This document shows, in pieces, positions 47,471 to 57,108 of a stretch of 64,000 bases of DNA (positions are counted from its first letter, which is position 1; each line of letters begins with the position of its first letter). A program made the position numbers and the translations under genes. Location: IMG/VR virus record IMGVR_UViG_3300028832_000125; one strand, given 5' to 3'. Source of the DNA: an uncultured virus (IMG/VR IMGVR_UViG_3300028832_000125) (lineage: Duplodnaviria; Heunggongvirae; Uroviricota; Caudoviricetes). A model generated the notes under the pieces. The model saw only the letters and a program-made list of their open reading frames with translations, had not been told where the DNA came from and did not search any database.

Positions 47471-49054
47471 ATGAAGAAATCGCTTTTTATTGAGTTTATC
47501 AGTGGCATCTGGCCCAAACTGGCCCTTTATGTGAAGGAAAAGGTTGACCCGAAGGAGCGCACCTACCTGCACAAGACCATGTTGCGTGAGGTCTATTCCG
47601 CTGACCAGAAGTGGGAGGGCACCAGTGCCAAGACCACGTATGTTGCAGCCGATATGGTTGCTATGGATTCTACCCTGCCTATTAAGAAGCGTGGTTCAAT
47701 CGCCACCTCGAACGGCAAACTGCCGAAGGTAGGTATGAAGAAGATTCTCCGTGAGACCGACATCAATACCATCAATATTATGAAGGCTCACTATACCACT
47801 GCCACCACCGATGAGGCTAAGAAGGCCGAGAAGGCCCGTATCATCCAGAACCTCACCAATGATGGCGTGGCCTGCTCTGTAGGTATTGACGAAAAGAATG
47901 AGGCTAATTTCCTCACGGGTCTCTGTGAGGGTGTTGTGCTTGTCGAGGATGAGGATAACGCTGGTACTGGCCTCCGTGTCAACTACGGCTATCTGGAAGA
48001 GAACACCTTCGGTACTATTAAGAAGGGCGAACTCTCAAAGGAGGACTTCGAGAACGTCAATGACAAGGCTAATACCGATGGCAATACCATCGTGAAGTGT
48101 CTGATGTCTAAGAAGAAGTTCGACCAGATGCGCCGTCTGCGTTGGGCACAGGAACTGGTTGCCGACTTCGAGGGTAAGATTTACGATGATGATGACAAGT
48201 TGAAGACACCGTCCAAGAAAGCCATGATGGAGGCATTCGAGGATGAGTTCGGATATGAGATTGAAATCATCAACCGTAGCGTTATCTTCGAGAAGAACGG
48301 CAAGCAGAAGTCCGTCAAGCCTTGGAACGATGCCCGTATTGTGTTCATCTGCAATACTATCGTCGGTTCGCTCGTCTGGGGTACTCTGGCTGAGGCTACC
48401 AACCCCGTTGAGGGTGTGAAGTACGCCGTGGTCGATAAGTACAAACTTATCTCCAAGTACTCTAAGAACGACCCGCTGCAGGAGTTCACTTCCGGCCAGG
48501 CACTCGTTCTGCCCGTCATCGAGGACGTTGACCAGATTTACGTTATCGACTGCGATGAGGAGAAATCCGCTGCCGTTGACACTGACGCTGAGACCGCCGA
48601 CACCTATGACACCTACGTTACCATCAACGGTAAGAAGTATGTCAAGTCTGACGTTATCAGCGGCTTGAAAGGCCTCGGTGTTGACATCAAGACTGGTGCC
48701 ACCGATGCACAGGTCATCGCTGCCGTGAACGCTCTGAGCGATAAGGATGAGAAGAAGCTGCTGAAAGGCTGCATCTACTTCCCTGTCGTAACGCCCGATG
48801 AACTGAACTTCGCTAAGACTGCTGATAGCACTGGTAAGACCGTCAAGGTTACTACCAATGATACGGCTAACCTCGCCACCGCTACGGCTACCACCACCGA
48901 TGCATGGATTACGCCTACCATCTCTGAGGGAGTTGTGACCGTCAAGGTTGCTGCCAACAGTGAGGACAGCGCACCTGCTCGTACTGGTACTGTGACCGTG
49001 ACTGTCGGTGAGAAGACCGCTACCATCACTGTCAAGCAGGCCGCTAACGCCTAA
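47471..49054 (+). CDS. major capsid protein with C-terminal BACON/Ig-like domain
   Basis: Position and size; C-terminal W.T...VTVKVAAN....RTGTVTV...ITVKQ. Confidence 0.75.
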   Translation: MKKSLFIEFISGIWPKLALYVKEKVDPKERTYLHKTMLREVYSADQKWEGTSAKTTYVAADMVAMDSTLPIKKRGSIATSNGKLPKVGMKKILRETDINTINIMKAHYTTATTDEAKKAEKARIIQNLTNDGVACSVGIDEKNEANFLTGLCEGVVLVEDEDNAGTGLRVNYGYLEENTFGTIKKGELSKEDFENVNDKANTDGNTIVKCLMSKKKFDQMRRLRWAQELVADFEGKIYDDDDKLKTPSKKAMMEAFEDEFGYEIEIINRSVIFEKNGKQKSVKPWNDARIVFICNTIVGSLVWGTLAEATNPVEGVKYAVVDKYKLISKYSKNDPLQEFTSGQALVLPVIEDVDQIYVIDCDEEKSAAVDTDAETADTYDTYVTINGKKYVKSDVISGLKGLGVDIKTGATDAQVIAAVNALSDKDEKKLLKGCIYFPVVTPDELNFAKTADSTGKTVKVTTNDTANLATATATTTDAWITPTISEGVVTVKVAANSEDSAPARTGTVTVTVGEKTATITVKQAANA

Positions 49055-49061
49055 ACTCTGA

Positions 49062-49397
49062 ATGGCAATGAAGACAATCAGACAAGCCCTCATTGATGAA
49101 GTCCACTACCCCATACCAGAGGGTTTCGTGGATAACAAACTCATCGAGCGTGAACTGGAAGGCTCCGACAATTACACCTTCGAGGTGTCGAAGTCAAGCC
49201 AGTGGAAAGGTGCTCTGGCTGATTGTCTCTACTCTCTGCTGCAGGCCGTGAGCGTGTCCGAGTCGGATAAGAGCGTAGGCACTCTGACTGACAAGGATAA
49301 GGAACGGCTGTTAGTCCGCATTAACTCTCTCTATAAGGCCATCGGTGAAGACCCCGTGAATCTCGGTCAGCCGATGGTCTATATCGAAAACTGTTGA
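49062..49397 (+). CDS. head-tail adaptor
   Basis: Position and size. Confidence 0.55.
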   Translation: MAMKTIRQALIDEVHYPIPEGFVDNKLIERELEGSDNYTFEVSKSSQWKGALADCLYSLLQAVSVSESDKSVGTLTDKDKERLLVRINSLYKAIGEDPVNLGQPMVYIENC

Positions 49398-49399
49398 GT

Positions 49400-49741
49400 A
49401 TGGCTGTATTGAGTTTCGCACCGCATACGCTCAGTTACCTACAGGTGACAGGCGGGCATGATGACCCAGAGACAGGCGATTACATCAAGGGTACGGAGGC
49501 GTGGATTGAAGACTACTGCAAGTGCGACATGGTGCCTGCAGGCAAAGCCAACGAAATCACGACTCCAGACGGTCAGGTGGAAACATACTCGTACACCATC
49601 TATAACATGCCAAAGAACAGCCGGGAGTTCAAGTACGGCGAGACAGTCCGTATCAAGATGTTCGGCAACTCTGAGGACGTGAGGGAGTTTACTGTCAAGG
49701 GCTTTCACAGATACCAGAAGCAGTGTAAGATGTGGGTGTGA
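49400..49741 (+). CDS. head closure protein
   Basis: Position and size. Confidence 0.55.
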   Translation: MAVLSFAPHTLSYLQVTGGHDDPETGDYIKGTEAWIEDYCKCDMVPAGKANEITTPDGQVETYSYTIYNMPKNSREFKYGETVRIKMFGNSEDVREFTVKGFHRYQKQCKMWV

Positions 49742-49742
49742 C

Positions 49743-50225
49743 ATGGCTATCAAGATGACTACACCAGAGAGCGTTTTCAGCGGTCTCGTTACGCAGTGCC
49801 TGGAGATTGTCAAGAATGAAATCCTCAACGCACTTGCCAAACTCGGTGAAGAGTCAGTAAGGAAAGTCCGTGACCGCTCATTTGAAGAGAGTTGGATAGA
49901 CCATACCGCCAACCTGCGTTCGTCAATCGGCTATTCCGTCTATGACTACGGTGTTTCCCAGATTCAGTCTGCCTTCGAGGTGGTGAAGACGGGTTCCCTC
50001 GGTTCAGCGACAGGAAAGAAGATGATAGAGGATTTGGCAAAGGAGTATTCCAACTGCTTCGCTCTGGTTGTAGTAGCAGCCATGGAGTATGCAGACAAGG
50101 TAGAGGCCATTGAGAGTAAGGATGTTCTCGAGTCCACAAGGCTGTGGGCGCAGGACGTAGTAAACGAAAGGCTTGAAAAGGCTAAGGAAGTTGCAATCAA
50201 GAAAATAAACGCACTCACTCTATGA
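49743..50225 (+). CDS. tail completion protein (HK97 gp10-like)
   Basis: DHTANLRSSIG and MEYA..VE motifs. Confidence 0.65.
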   Translation: MAIKMTTPESVFSGLVTQCLEIVKNEILNALAKLGEESVRKVRDRSFEESWIDHTANLRSSIGYSVYDYGVSQIQSAFEVVKTGSLGSATGKKMIEDLAKEYSNCFALVVVAAMEYADKVEAIESKDVLESTRLWAQDVVNERLEKAKEVAIKKINALTL

Positions 50226-50623
50226 AGACGGATGAAGCAATAAAGACCGACATTTACAAGGTCATCAACGGCTCTGCCCTCGCTAAGGCTATCACTGGGA
50301 AGTTGAGCAAGCGGAAACGCCCCCATGCTTCCAAGAATGAGGATATTGTCATATCCGTGCTTGCCAACAGCAACAGGCAGGTACAGGTGGCCACGGTCAA
50401 TGTCAACATCTACGTTGCTGACATCACCGTTGACAATCAGCCAGAAGAGGACACAGTGCGTATCGAGCAACTGAGCCAACTGGCCTACAATCTCTTTAAG
50501 GTGTTCTGGGGCCCGAATAGCGAGTACCGATGCTGTCTCACTGAGCAGCGCGTGTATGAGGCTGAGGGTTCAAACGAACACATCATAAACAATCGAATTG
50601 AGTACAAAACATTAAACGAATAA
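50222..50623 (+). CDS. tail terminator
   Basis: Position and size. Confidence 0.55.
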   Translation: MKTDEAIKTDIYKVINGSALAKAITGKLSKRKRPHASKNEDIVISVLANSNRQVQVATVNVNIYVADITVDNQPEEDTVRIEQLSQLAYNLFKVFWGPNSEYRCCLTEQRVYEAEGSNEHIINNRIEYKTLNE

Positions 50624-50627
50624 GACA

Positions 50628-51050
50628 ATGCCAGATCCAGTAAAAGTTATCGGTTGGGGTAAGTGCTCCGCTGACGGTTTCGATGACATCATCGAAGGCT
50701 CTACCTCGCTTTCCGTAGAGGAAGGCCAGGAGCAGGAGGCCCTCATTGAGGGTGGTTCTTCGGAAGCCCGCAAGAAAGCACCCGATAAGTATATTCTGAC
50801 CTTCCAGAGACGTGTCGCATCGGCAGCAGAGGCCGCAGTGGGCTACACTGAGAACTATTCCTCCGTTACCGTGACCCCAGAGCAGGTAGGCGCAATCTGC
50901 GCCACTCTCACGGGAGTCTCGAAGCATGTTGCCGTTAAGTTTGACTCTACCGATGGTCTGGTGGCCGTGTACACCTATAAGACCAAAGGAACCACTGGAG
51001 CAAACGGTGCGCTCACTGACATCAGCTTCGCCGCAAAGGCAAGCCAGTAG
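50628..51050 (+). CDS. major tail tube protein
   Basis: Position; followed by a hairpin. Confidence 0.6.
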   Translation: MPDPVKVIGWGKCSADGFDDIIEGSTSLSVEEGQEQEALIEGGSSEARKKAPDKYILTFQRRVASAAEAAVGYTENYSSVTVTPEQVGAICATLTGVSKHVAVKFDSTDGLVAVYTYKTKGTTGANGALTDISFAAKASQ

Positions 51051-51086
51051 GTCGGGAATCCCTCGGTGGAGGTTAGCGCCTCCACT

Positions 51087-51159
51087 TCTCGGTTAACTCA
51101 GTTGGCAGAGTGCCGCTTATCATAAGCGGAAGTCACGGGTTCGAGTCCCGTACCGAGAG
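51087..51159 (+). tRNA. tRNA-like gene with central UCA in a non-canonical anticodon loop
   Basis: TCTCGGT/ACCGAGA acceptor, ACTC/GAGT D arm, CCGCT-TATCATA-AGCGG, ACGGG-TTCGAGT-CCCGT. Confidence 0.75.
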
Positions 51160-51163
51160 CAAG

Positions 51164-51901
51164 ATGAAGATAGAAGCAAAGGATATTGAATACGACATCG
51201 CAGATGTTATCATTGGCAGGCCGCACGGTTTCACGGTAGGCCAGAGTCACTTTTACCTCTATCCCATCACACTCGCAAAGATGTTCCTGTTGAAAAGGCA
51301 GATGGACTCGCTCGACATCAACCAGAAGAAATTGAAGGCGAATCCGTTTCTTGAAGCCATGCACCTCGTTAAGGCCAACAGGGATATATGTTGCATGATT
51401 CTCGCCTATCACACTACGCCGAACACAAGGCAAGACCTCTATGACAATGAGGCGGTGGAGTCCAGAAAGAACATGTTCGCAAAGGAGATTGAGGATGAAG
51501 ACCTCGCATCGCTCATGATTAAGGTGATGACCTCAGACAAGACAGAGGAAATCATCAGCCACTACGGTCTGGATGAGGAACGCACGAAACTGGCGAAGGT
51601 GATAGCAATAAAGCGCAAACATGACAAGAATACGCTCTACTTCTGTGGAAAGACCATGTTCGGTACGTTCATCTGTCAACTCAAGGAAATGGGGTACACC
51701 GATGACGAAATCATCTTTGAGCGCGGCTTCTCGTACCTGCGGCTCATGCTTGCAGATAAGATGACATCAGTACACGCCACCGATGATGAACTGAACGAGA
51801 TACCGACAGAGGCAGGAGGCAGGTACGCCGATGCAAGCGACCCCGCCAACGCCCAGAAGATTCTACAGGCAATGAAGGAGCGAGGGGCCGGGGTGTCTTG
51901 A
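51164..51901 (+). CDS. tail assembly chaperone-like protein
   Basis: Between tail tube and tape measure. Confidence 0.55.
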   Translation: MKIEAKDIEYDIADVIIGRPHGFTVGQSHFYLYPITLAKMFLLKRQMDSLDINQKKLKANPFLEAMHLVKANRDICCMILAYHTTPNTRQDLYDNEAVESRKNMFAKEIEDEDLASLMIKVMTSDKTEEIISHYGLDEERTKLAKVIAIKRKHDKNTLYFCGKTMFGTFICQLKEMGYTDDEIIFERGFSYLRLMLADKMTSVHATDDELNEIPTEAGGRYADASDPANAQKILQAMKERGAGVS

Positions 51902-51971
51902 CGAAATTGACGCCCTATAAAAAAGAAGTCGGTTGTCAATCGGCAGAGTAGTAACCATCAACAGAAATTAT

Positions 51972-54900
51972 ATGGCAGCAATTAAGTTTGACATCACAGG
52001 TGACAACAAGAATTTCCTCGATTCCATGCGTGAGGTGCAGGATGACGTTCATAAGACCGCAAAGATTCTTGAAGAGGTCGGAAAGAATTTCAGCATCGCC
52101 TCCGTGGATGATAAGATAGTCGCGCTGAATAAGGTCATCCGCGACAATGAGGACGTTATTCTCAGACACCAGAAGACCATCAACAAGTGGAAGCAGGACG
52201 CAGAGGCCGCTTTCAATCGTGGTGACGTTGGCCTGTTCGACACCATCACCAAGGATATAGAGGCAGAAGTGGGTAAGATGCAGGAACTCATCAACGAGAC
52301 CAATGCGTACCGCGATGCCTTAGAGACGGTGAACATGATGGCGGGCAACGGTGGCACGGGCATTACCGCCCCCATGCTCTTCAATACCGAAGAGGAATAC
52401 CAGAACGTCCAGAGGCTACAATCCGGCATTGAAGAGTTGCGGAATGAGATAGCCAACTTCAACGGCTCAGAGACGGAGTTACAGGGCTTGCGCTCTCAGT
52501 TGTCTGGGATGCAGGATGAACTCCGCGAGGCCCAGATGAGTGCGGCACAGGCTGCTGCGGCTCTCGGTGAGGATGGCCAGAGGGCGGCAGAGGCTTCACA
52601 GAAATTCTTCCAGTTGAGTGCTGCCGTTGACAAGCAGACTGGAACCGTTGCGGAGTTGGCCAACAGACTCAATGACGCTGCATCCGCTCTGGAGTCAGCA
52701 AAGGCAAGCGGTGACATGCAGGCCATCGATGAGGCTACCATCAAATATGATGCTCTGGCAGACCAGTTGCAGAGTGCGAAGATGGAACTGATAAATCTTA
52801 GGTCGGCACAGGATGACGCAAAGGCATCGTTCCAGGGTGATGCCACCGTGAACCTCAGAACACAGTTGCGTAACCTCACCGTGGAGATAGCCACCATCAC
52901 GCTCACCTACCGCCAGATGACTGATGAGGAAAAACGCTCGGCACAGGGCCGGGAGTTGCAGTCCAAGTTGCAGGAACTGACAAACAAGGCGGGTGAACTC
53001 AGAGACGCTATGGCAGATGTCAACAGGGCCATATCATCAGTGGCCAGTGACACAAAGAACTTTGACGCTCTGGCCGGGGGTATCAATGTCGTAACGAGTA
53101 CGATGGGTGCGGCTACTGGAGTGGCCACCATGTTCGGAGCCAAGCAGGAAGACCTTTTGGAGATACAGGCGAAGTTGCAGGCATCACTCGCCATCAGTAA
53201 CGCCCTGTCCGTCATCCAGAATAACCTACAGAAGGAAAGTGCGCTGATGATAGGTATTACCAACCTACAGAGGAAAGCAGCCGTTGTAGGCGAGAACCTG
53301 GTCATTGCCGCCAAGGGTAAGAACATCATCGTCACCAAGGCTGCCACCATAGCGCAGGCCGCTTTCAATGCGGTGGCCAAGGCCAATCCCTATGTCCTGT
53401 TGGCTACCGCCGTGCTCTCCATAGTCGGTGCTTTTGCTCTTTTCTCCAGTGGTGCCAAGGAGGCCACGCAGGCAGAGAAAGACCATCAAGACGCTCTTGA
53501 AAAGGCGAAGGAGGCTACGGAGCAGTACAAGAATGCGCTTTCCAACAGTTACGCTACCATGATGTCGAAATACTCAGACCTCAGACGTGAATGGAACCGT
53601 CTTTCTTCTGACCATCAGCGCACGAAATGGATTAAGGAAAACAAGTCTGCCTTTGAGGATTTGGGCCTCAGCGTGAACGGTGTGAAGGATGCGGAAGATG
53701 TCTTCCGTAACAATACCCAGAACGTTGTCGATGGATTCAAGCGCAGGGCACAGGCAGCAGCTCTTGCAGCCCAGATGACGGAGTTGTACCGTCAGCAGAT
53801 GGATTTGGAGCAGAAGTATATGGATAGGTACAACCAGAGACGCGTCCATGAGGGTGATGCCGTGTCTGGGGAGTCCGGCATGTATGCTGACAGGAGCGGA
53901 GGCACGTACAACGGTGGCCGCTACACCTATAATGCAGGCTCCGGCAAGTTCGCCTACACCGCCAAGGGTGCAGAGGAATACAATAATCAGTTGCTCCAGT
54001 CCGATGAGTCGCTGAACCAGATAAACAATGACTGGAAGGCCGTAGGCACCCGTATCGATGAGGTGGACGGCAAACTGCAGCAACTCGCTTCCACTGGCAA
54101 GAAACTCGGTGGCAGTACGACCACCACCAGACCTACTGGCAACACCCTCGCTGACGGTGGCCGCAGGCTTCTGGAAGAGAGAACACGTCAGATATTGGAG
54201 CAGCAGCGCATGGAGCGTGATATGGAGTTGCAGACCAGACAGGCAGAGATAAGCATGATGCAGGAAGGTTCCGAGAAGGCCCTGGCACAGATAGAACTCG
54301 ACTTCAAGAAACGTGCAGTCGAGATTGAAAAGGGTTATGAAGACCTTCGCCAGAGAAAGATTGAGAACGCCCGCAAACTGTGGGAGGCTGATCCTGCCAA
54401 TAAGGATAAGCCGTTTGATGCTTCCTCTGTCGATACCACGCCAACGGCTGCTGAGAAAAAGAACTATGACATAAGAATCCAGTCCAATGCCGAAGAGTAC
54501 AGGCGCGAACTTGAAAATCTGTCAAGGCAGGAAATGCAGTACGTGTTGGATTTCCTGTCGGAGTACGGCACGATGGAGCAGAAGCGTTACGCCCTCATCA
54601 TGGATTATGAGGATAAAATCACCAAAGAGACCAGTGCCAACAAACGTAAGATTCTGGAGGCTGAGAGGGACAGCGCACTGGCACAGTTGAACGCTCAGTC
54701 ACTGGCACATGATATTGACTGGAACCAGACGTTTAGCGGTATCGGCACGGTGTTGCAGGATATTGCCAAAGAGACGCTGAGGAAGGTCAATGACTACATG
54801 GCCACCGATGAGTACAAGAAACTCGATGCCTCAGACAAGAAAGCGTATCAAGACCTCAGAGAGGAATTGGTGAGCGCAGGAGGCGTAGAGTCACGCAGTC

Positions 54901-56705
54901 CATTCAATCCCTCTACGTGGAATGAGATTTCACGTCTCACTGAGCAGTATAAGAAAGATGTCAGTGACTTCATTACTGCACAGGAAAACCACAAGGCCGC
55001 TGTTGACAACCTCATAAATGCACAGGAAGAGTTGAAGAAGGCCACCACTCCACTTGCCAAGAGCATTGCGCAGGCAAACGTGGATATAGCACAGAACGCA
55101 GTAAACTCAACCGCCTCAGATGTCGATAATGCCAAGGATAAGAAAGACCAGTCACAGCGTAACCTGCATGATGCTACGGAGTCAGCCACACAGGGCTTGC
55201 AGAACTTCAACACCATCCTGGGCCAGATAACGTCCGGCACACTGAGCGGATTCGCTACAGGTGTGGCAAACCTCATTAATCAGATAGCGGGTAAGTCAGA
55301 CAAGGCCGCTGCCTCTCTGGGAGAGTTGGGCGGTAAAGTCGGAGGTCTCATCGGTGCAATACTGCAAATCATCGATGCTCTTGGTGAAGACCCCACTGGA
55401 TTCATCCATGACCTGTTAGGCAAGATTGAGAGGGTTGTTGAGGCCATCCTGTCAGACCTGCCAAACCTCATCGTGAAAATCGTTGATGGTGTGCTTAACA
55501 TTGTCGGTGGTGTCATCAGAGGTGTAGCCAACCTTTTCTCCGGCGGTGCTGCCTTTGGTAGTAATAAGGAGGAAATGGAAGAGCGTATCTCAGAACTGAA
55601 AACCGCCAATGAGGCCCTGTCAAAGAGTATCGACAGCCTGGCAGAGGTCATCAGCCGCAGTGACAGCACCAATAAGGAATCCCTTGATGCGTACAAGCGT
55701 CAGTTGCAGGCTGAAAAGGAATGGGAGGCCAACCAGAGACAGGCGATAGACGCAAGGGCATCCGAGTGGTCTAACAGTGGTCACGGCTTCCTCGGCATGG
55801 GTGGTGAGCACTCGTTCAACTACTACATGCCCGAAAACTACTGGTATGGATGGCAGAGGTTCAGCGAGGTTCTGAAACAGAACGGCTACAATATCAACGT
55901 CAACAGGGATAACATCTGGCATCTCACACCAGAAGAAATGAAGGTCTTGCGTGAGTTTGCTCCTGCCGAGTGGGCTGCATTGATGAACGGCAGCGGTGAA
56001 AGCAATCCCTCAGACCTGTTGGATGAGTATATAGACCGTGCGGGCCAGATAGAAGAGTTGACGAACAAACTCAATGAGAAACTGACTGGCTACAGTTGGG
56101 AGGGTTTCTTGGATTCGTACAAGTCCATGCTGAAAGACCTCACCACTGACACAAAGGATTTCGCCGATAAGATGGAAGACATCATCAGCAACGCCCTGTT
56201 GGAGTCTCTGGTAAACGATGAGTTCAGAGAGAAGGTTAAGGCCCTGTACCAGTATATCGCAGACCATGCAGGTGACGGCCTTGATGAGTCGGAGTTGAAC
56301 TTCATCCGTTCGGAGAATGAGAAGATTGCCAATGACATGATAGCAAGGCGGCAGAGTTTGATAGATGCCGGACTGCTGAAACCCTCAGAGAATACCGAAG
56401 CATACGACCAGAAGGCATCACAGGGTGGTTGGGAGTCCATGGGTGAGGACACTGGCAAGGAACTCAACGGACGCTTCACAGCCTTGCAGGAGTCTGGCGA
56501 GAAGGTCAAGGAAGGTATCATAACTATGGTCACCACTATGGCCGCTCTGTATTCCAACGTAGAATCAGGCAATCTGACGCTCTTGGAGATACGCAACCTT
56601 ATGATTACCAACAACGCCTTCTTAGAGGACATTCTGGAGGCCACAAAGGGCATCTATAAGGACTTCGGAAAGAAACTGGATAAGATAAGCAATAACACAA
56701 AGTAA
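51972..56705 (+). CDS. tape measure protein
   Basis: About 1577 aa, helical, A/Q/E-rich with ANP and hydrophobic segments. Confidence 0.9.
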   Translation: MAAIKFDITGDNKNFLDSMREVQDDVHKTAKILEEVGKNFSIASVDDKIVALNKVIRDNEDVILRHQKTINKWKQDAEAAFNRGDVGLFDTITKDIEAEVGKMQELINETNAYRDALETVNMMAGNGGTGITAPMLFNTEEEYQNVQRLQSGIEELRNEIANFNGSETELQGLRSQLSGMQDELREAQMSAAQAAAALGEDGQRAAEASQKFFQLSAAVDKQTGTVAELANRLNDAASALESAKASGDMQAIDEATIKYDALADQLQSAKMELINLRSAQDDAKASFQGDATVNLRTQLRNLTVEIATITLTYRQMTDEEKRSAQGRELQSKLQELTNKAGELRDAMADVNRAISSVASDTKNFDALAGGINVVTSTMGAATGVATMFGAKQEDLLEIQAKLQASLAISNALSVIQNNLQKESALMIGITNLQRKAAVVGENLVIAAKGKNIIVTKAATIAQAAFNAVAKANPYVLLATAVLSIVGAFALFSSGAKEATQAEKDHQDALEKAKEATEQYKNALSNSYATMMSKYSDLRREWNRLSSDHQRTKWIKENKSAFEDLGLSVNGVKDAEDVFRNNTQNVVDGFKRRAQAAALAAQMTELYRQQMDLEQKYMDRYNQRRVHEGDAVSGESGMYADRSGGTYNGGRYTYNAGSGKFAYTAKGAEEYNNQLLQSDESLNQINNDWKAVGTRIDEVDGKLQQLASTGKKLGGSTTTTRPTGNTLADGGRRLLEERTRQILEQQRMERDMELQTRQAEISMMQEGSEKALAQIELDFKKRAVEIEKGYEDLRQRKIENARKLWEADPANKDKPFDASSVDTTPTAAEKKNYDIRIQSNAEEYRRELENLSRQEMQYVLDFLSEYGTMEQKRYALIMDYEDKITKETSANKRKILEAERDSALAQLNAQSLAHDIDWNQTFSGIGTVLQDIAKETLRKVNDYMATDEYKKLDASDKKAYQDLREELVSAGGVESRSPFNPSTWNEISRLTEQYKKDVSDFITAQENHKAAVDNLINAQEELKKATTPLAKSIAQANVDIAQNAVNSTASDVDNAKDKKDQSQRNLHDATESATQGLQNFNTILGQITSGTLSGFATGVANLINQIAGKSDKAAASLGELGGKVGGLIGAILQIIDALGEDPTGFIHDLLGKIERVVEAILSDLPNLIVKIVDGVLNIVGGVIRGVANLFSGGAAFGSNKEEMEERISELKTANEALSKSIDSLAEVISRSDSTNKESLDAYKRQLQAEKEWEANQRQAIDARASEWSNSGHGFLGMGGEHSFNYYMPENYWYGWQRFSEVLKQNGYNINVNRDNIWHLTPEEMKVLREFAPAEWAALMNGSGESNPSDLLDEYIDRAGQIEELTNKLNEKLTGYSWEGFLDSYKSMLKDLTTDTKDFADKMEDIISNALLESLVNDEFREKVKALYQYIADHAGDGLDESELNFIRSENEKIANDMIARRQSLIDAGLLKPSENTEAYDQKASQGGWESMGEDTGKELNGRFTALQESGEKVKEGIITMVTTMAALYSNVESGNLTLLEIRNLMITNNAFLEDILEATKGIYKDFGKKLDKISNNTK

Positions 56706-56707
56706 AT

Positions 56708-57106
56708 ATGAGCGCAGTAGCATTAACAATCAATGGCAAGACGCTGCAGGGAATCCACCTTGATACAAGTTCCCTCGGCCAGTTAATGACCCCGCCGCCG
56801 ATGAAGGACAGGGTGCAGAGTGAGAGCCGCATAGAGCACGGTGTCCGTGTCGTGACTGATGACACGCCGTACCTGGCATCGAGAGACTTCACACTGAACC
56901 TGTCGGTACACGGCAGCACAGAGAGCGAGTTTCTTACGAACTACTCTGCCCTGTGCTCCGAACTGAGAACGGGGCTTGTGAACATTACCGTACTCGGCAA
57001 TACATACCATTGCCTCTACCTGTCATGTCAGCAGTTCAGCCAGTTCATGAGGGGTGTCGGTAAATTCGTGTTGAGACTCAGAGAGTATAACCCAAGCAAC
57101 AGATAA
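56708..57106 (+). CDS. distal tail protein-like
   Basis: Position after tape measure; ends EYNP. Confidence 0.6.
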   Translation: MSAVALTINGKTLQGIHLDTSSLGQLMTPPPMKDRVQSESRIEHGVRVVTDDTPYLASRDFTLNLSVHGSTESEFLTNYSALCSELRTGLVNITVLGNTYHCLYLSCQQFSQFMRGVGKFVLRLREYNPSNR

Positions 57107-57108
57107 CT

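Noticed and set aside
44171..49093. Long minus-strand ORFs (44171-45331, 48035-49093; similarly 38852-39655 and 58693-59652)
   Set aside because: They are antisense shadows of well-supported + strand genes with no recognisable motifs.
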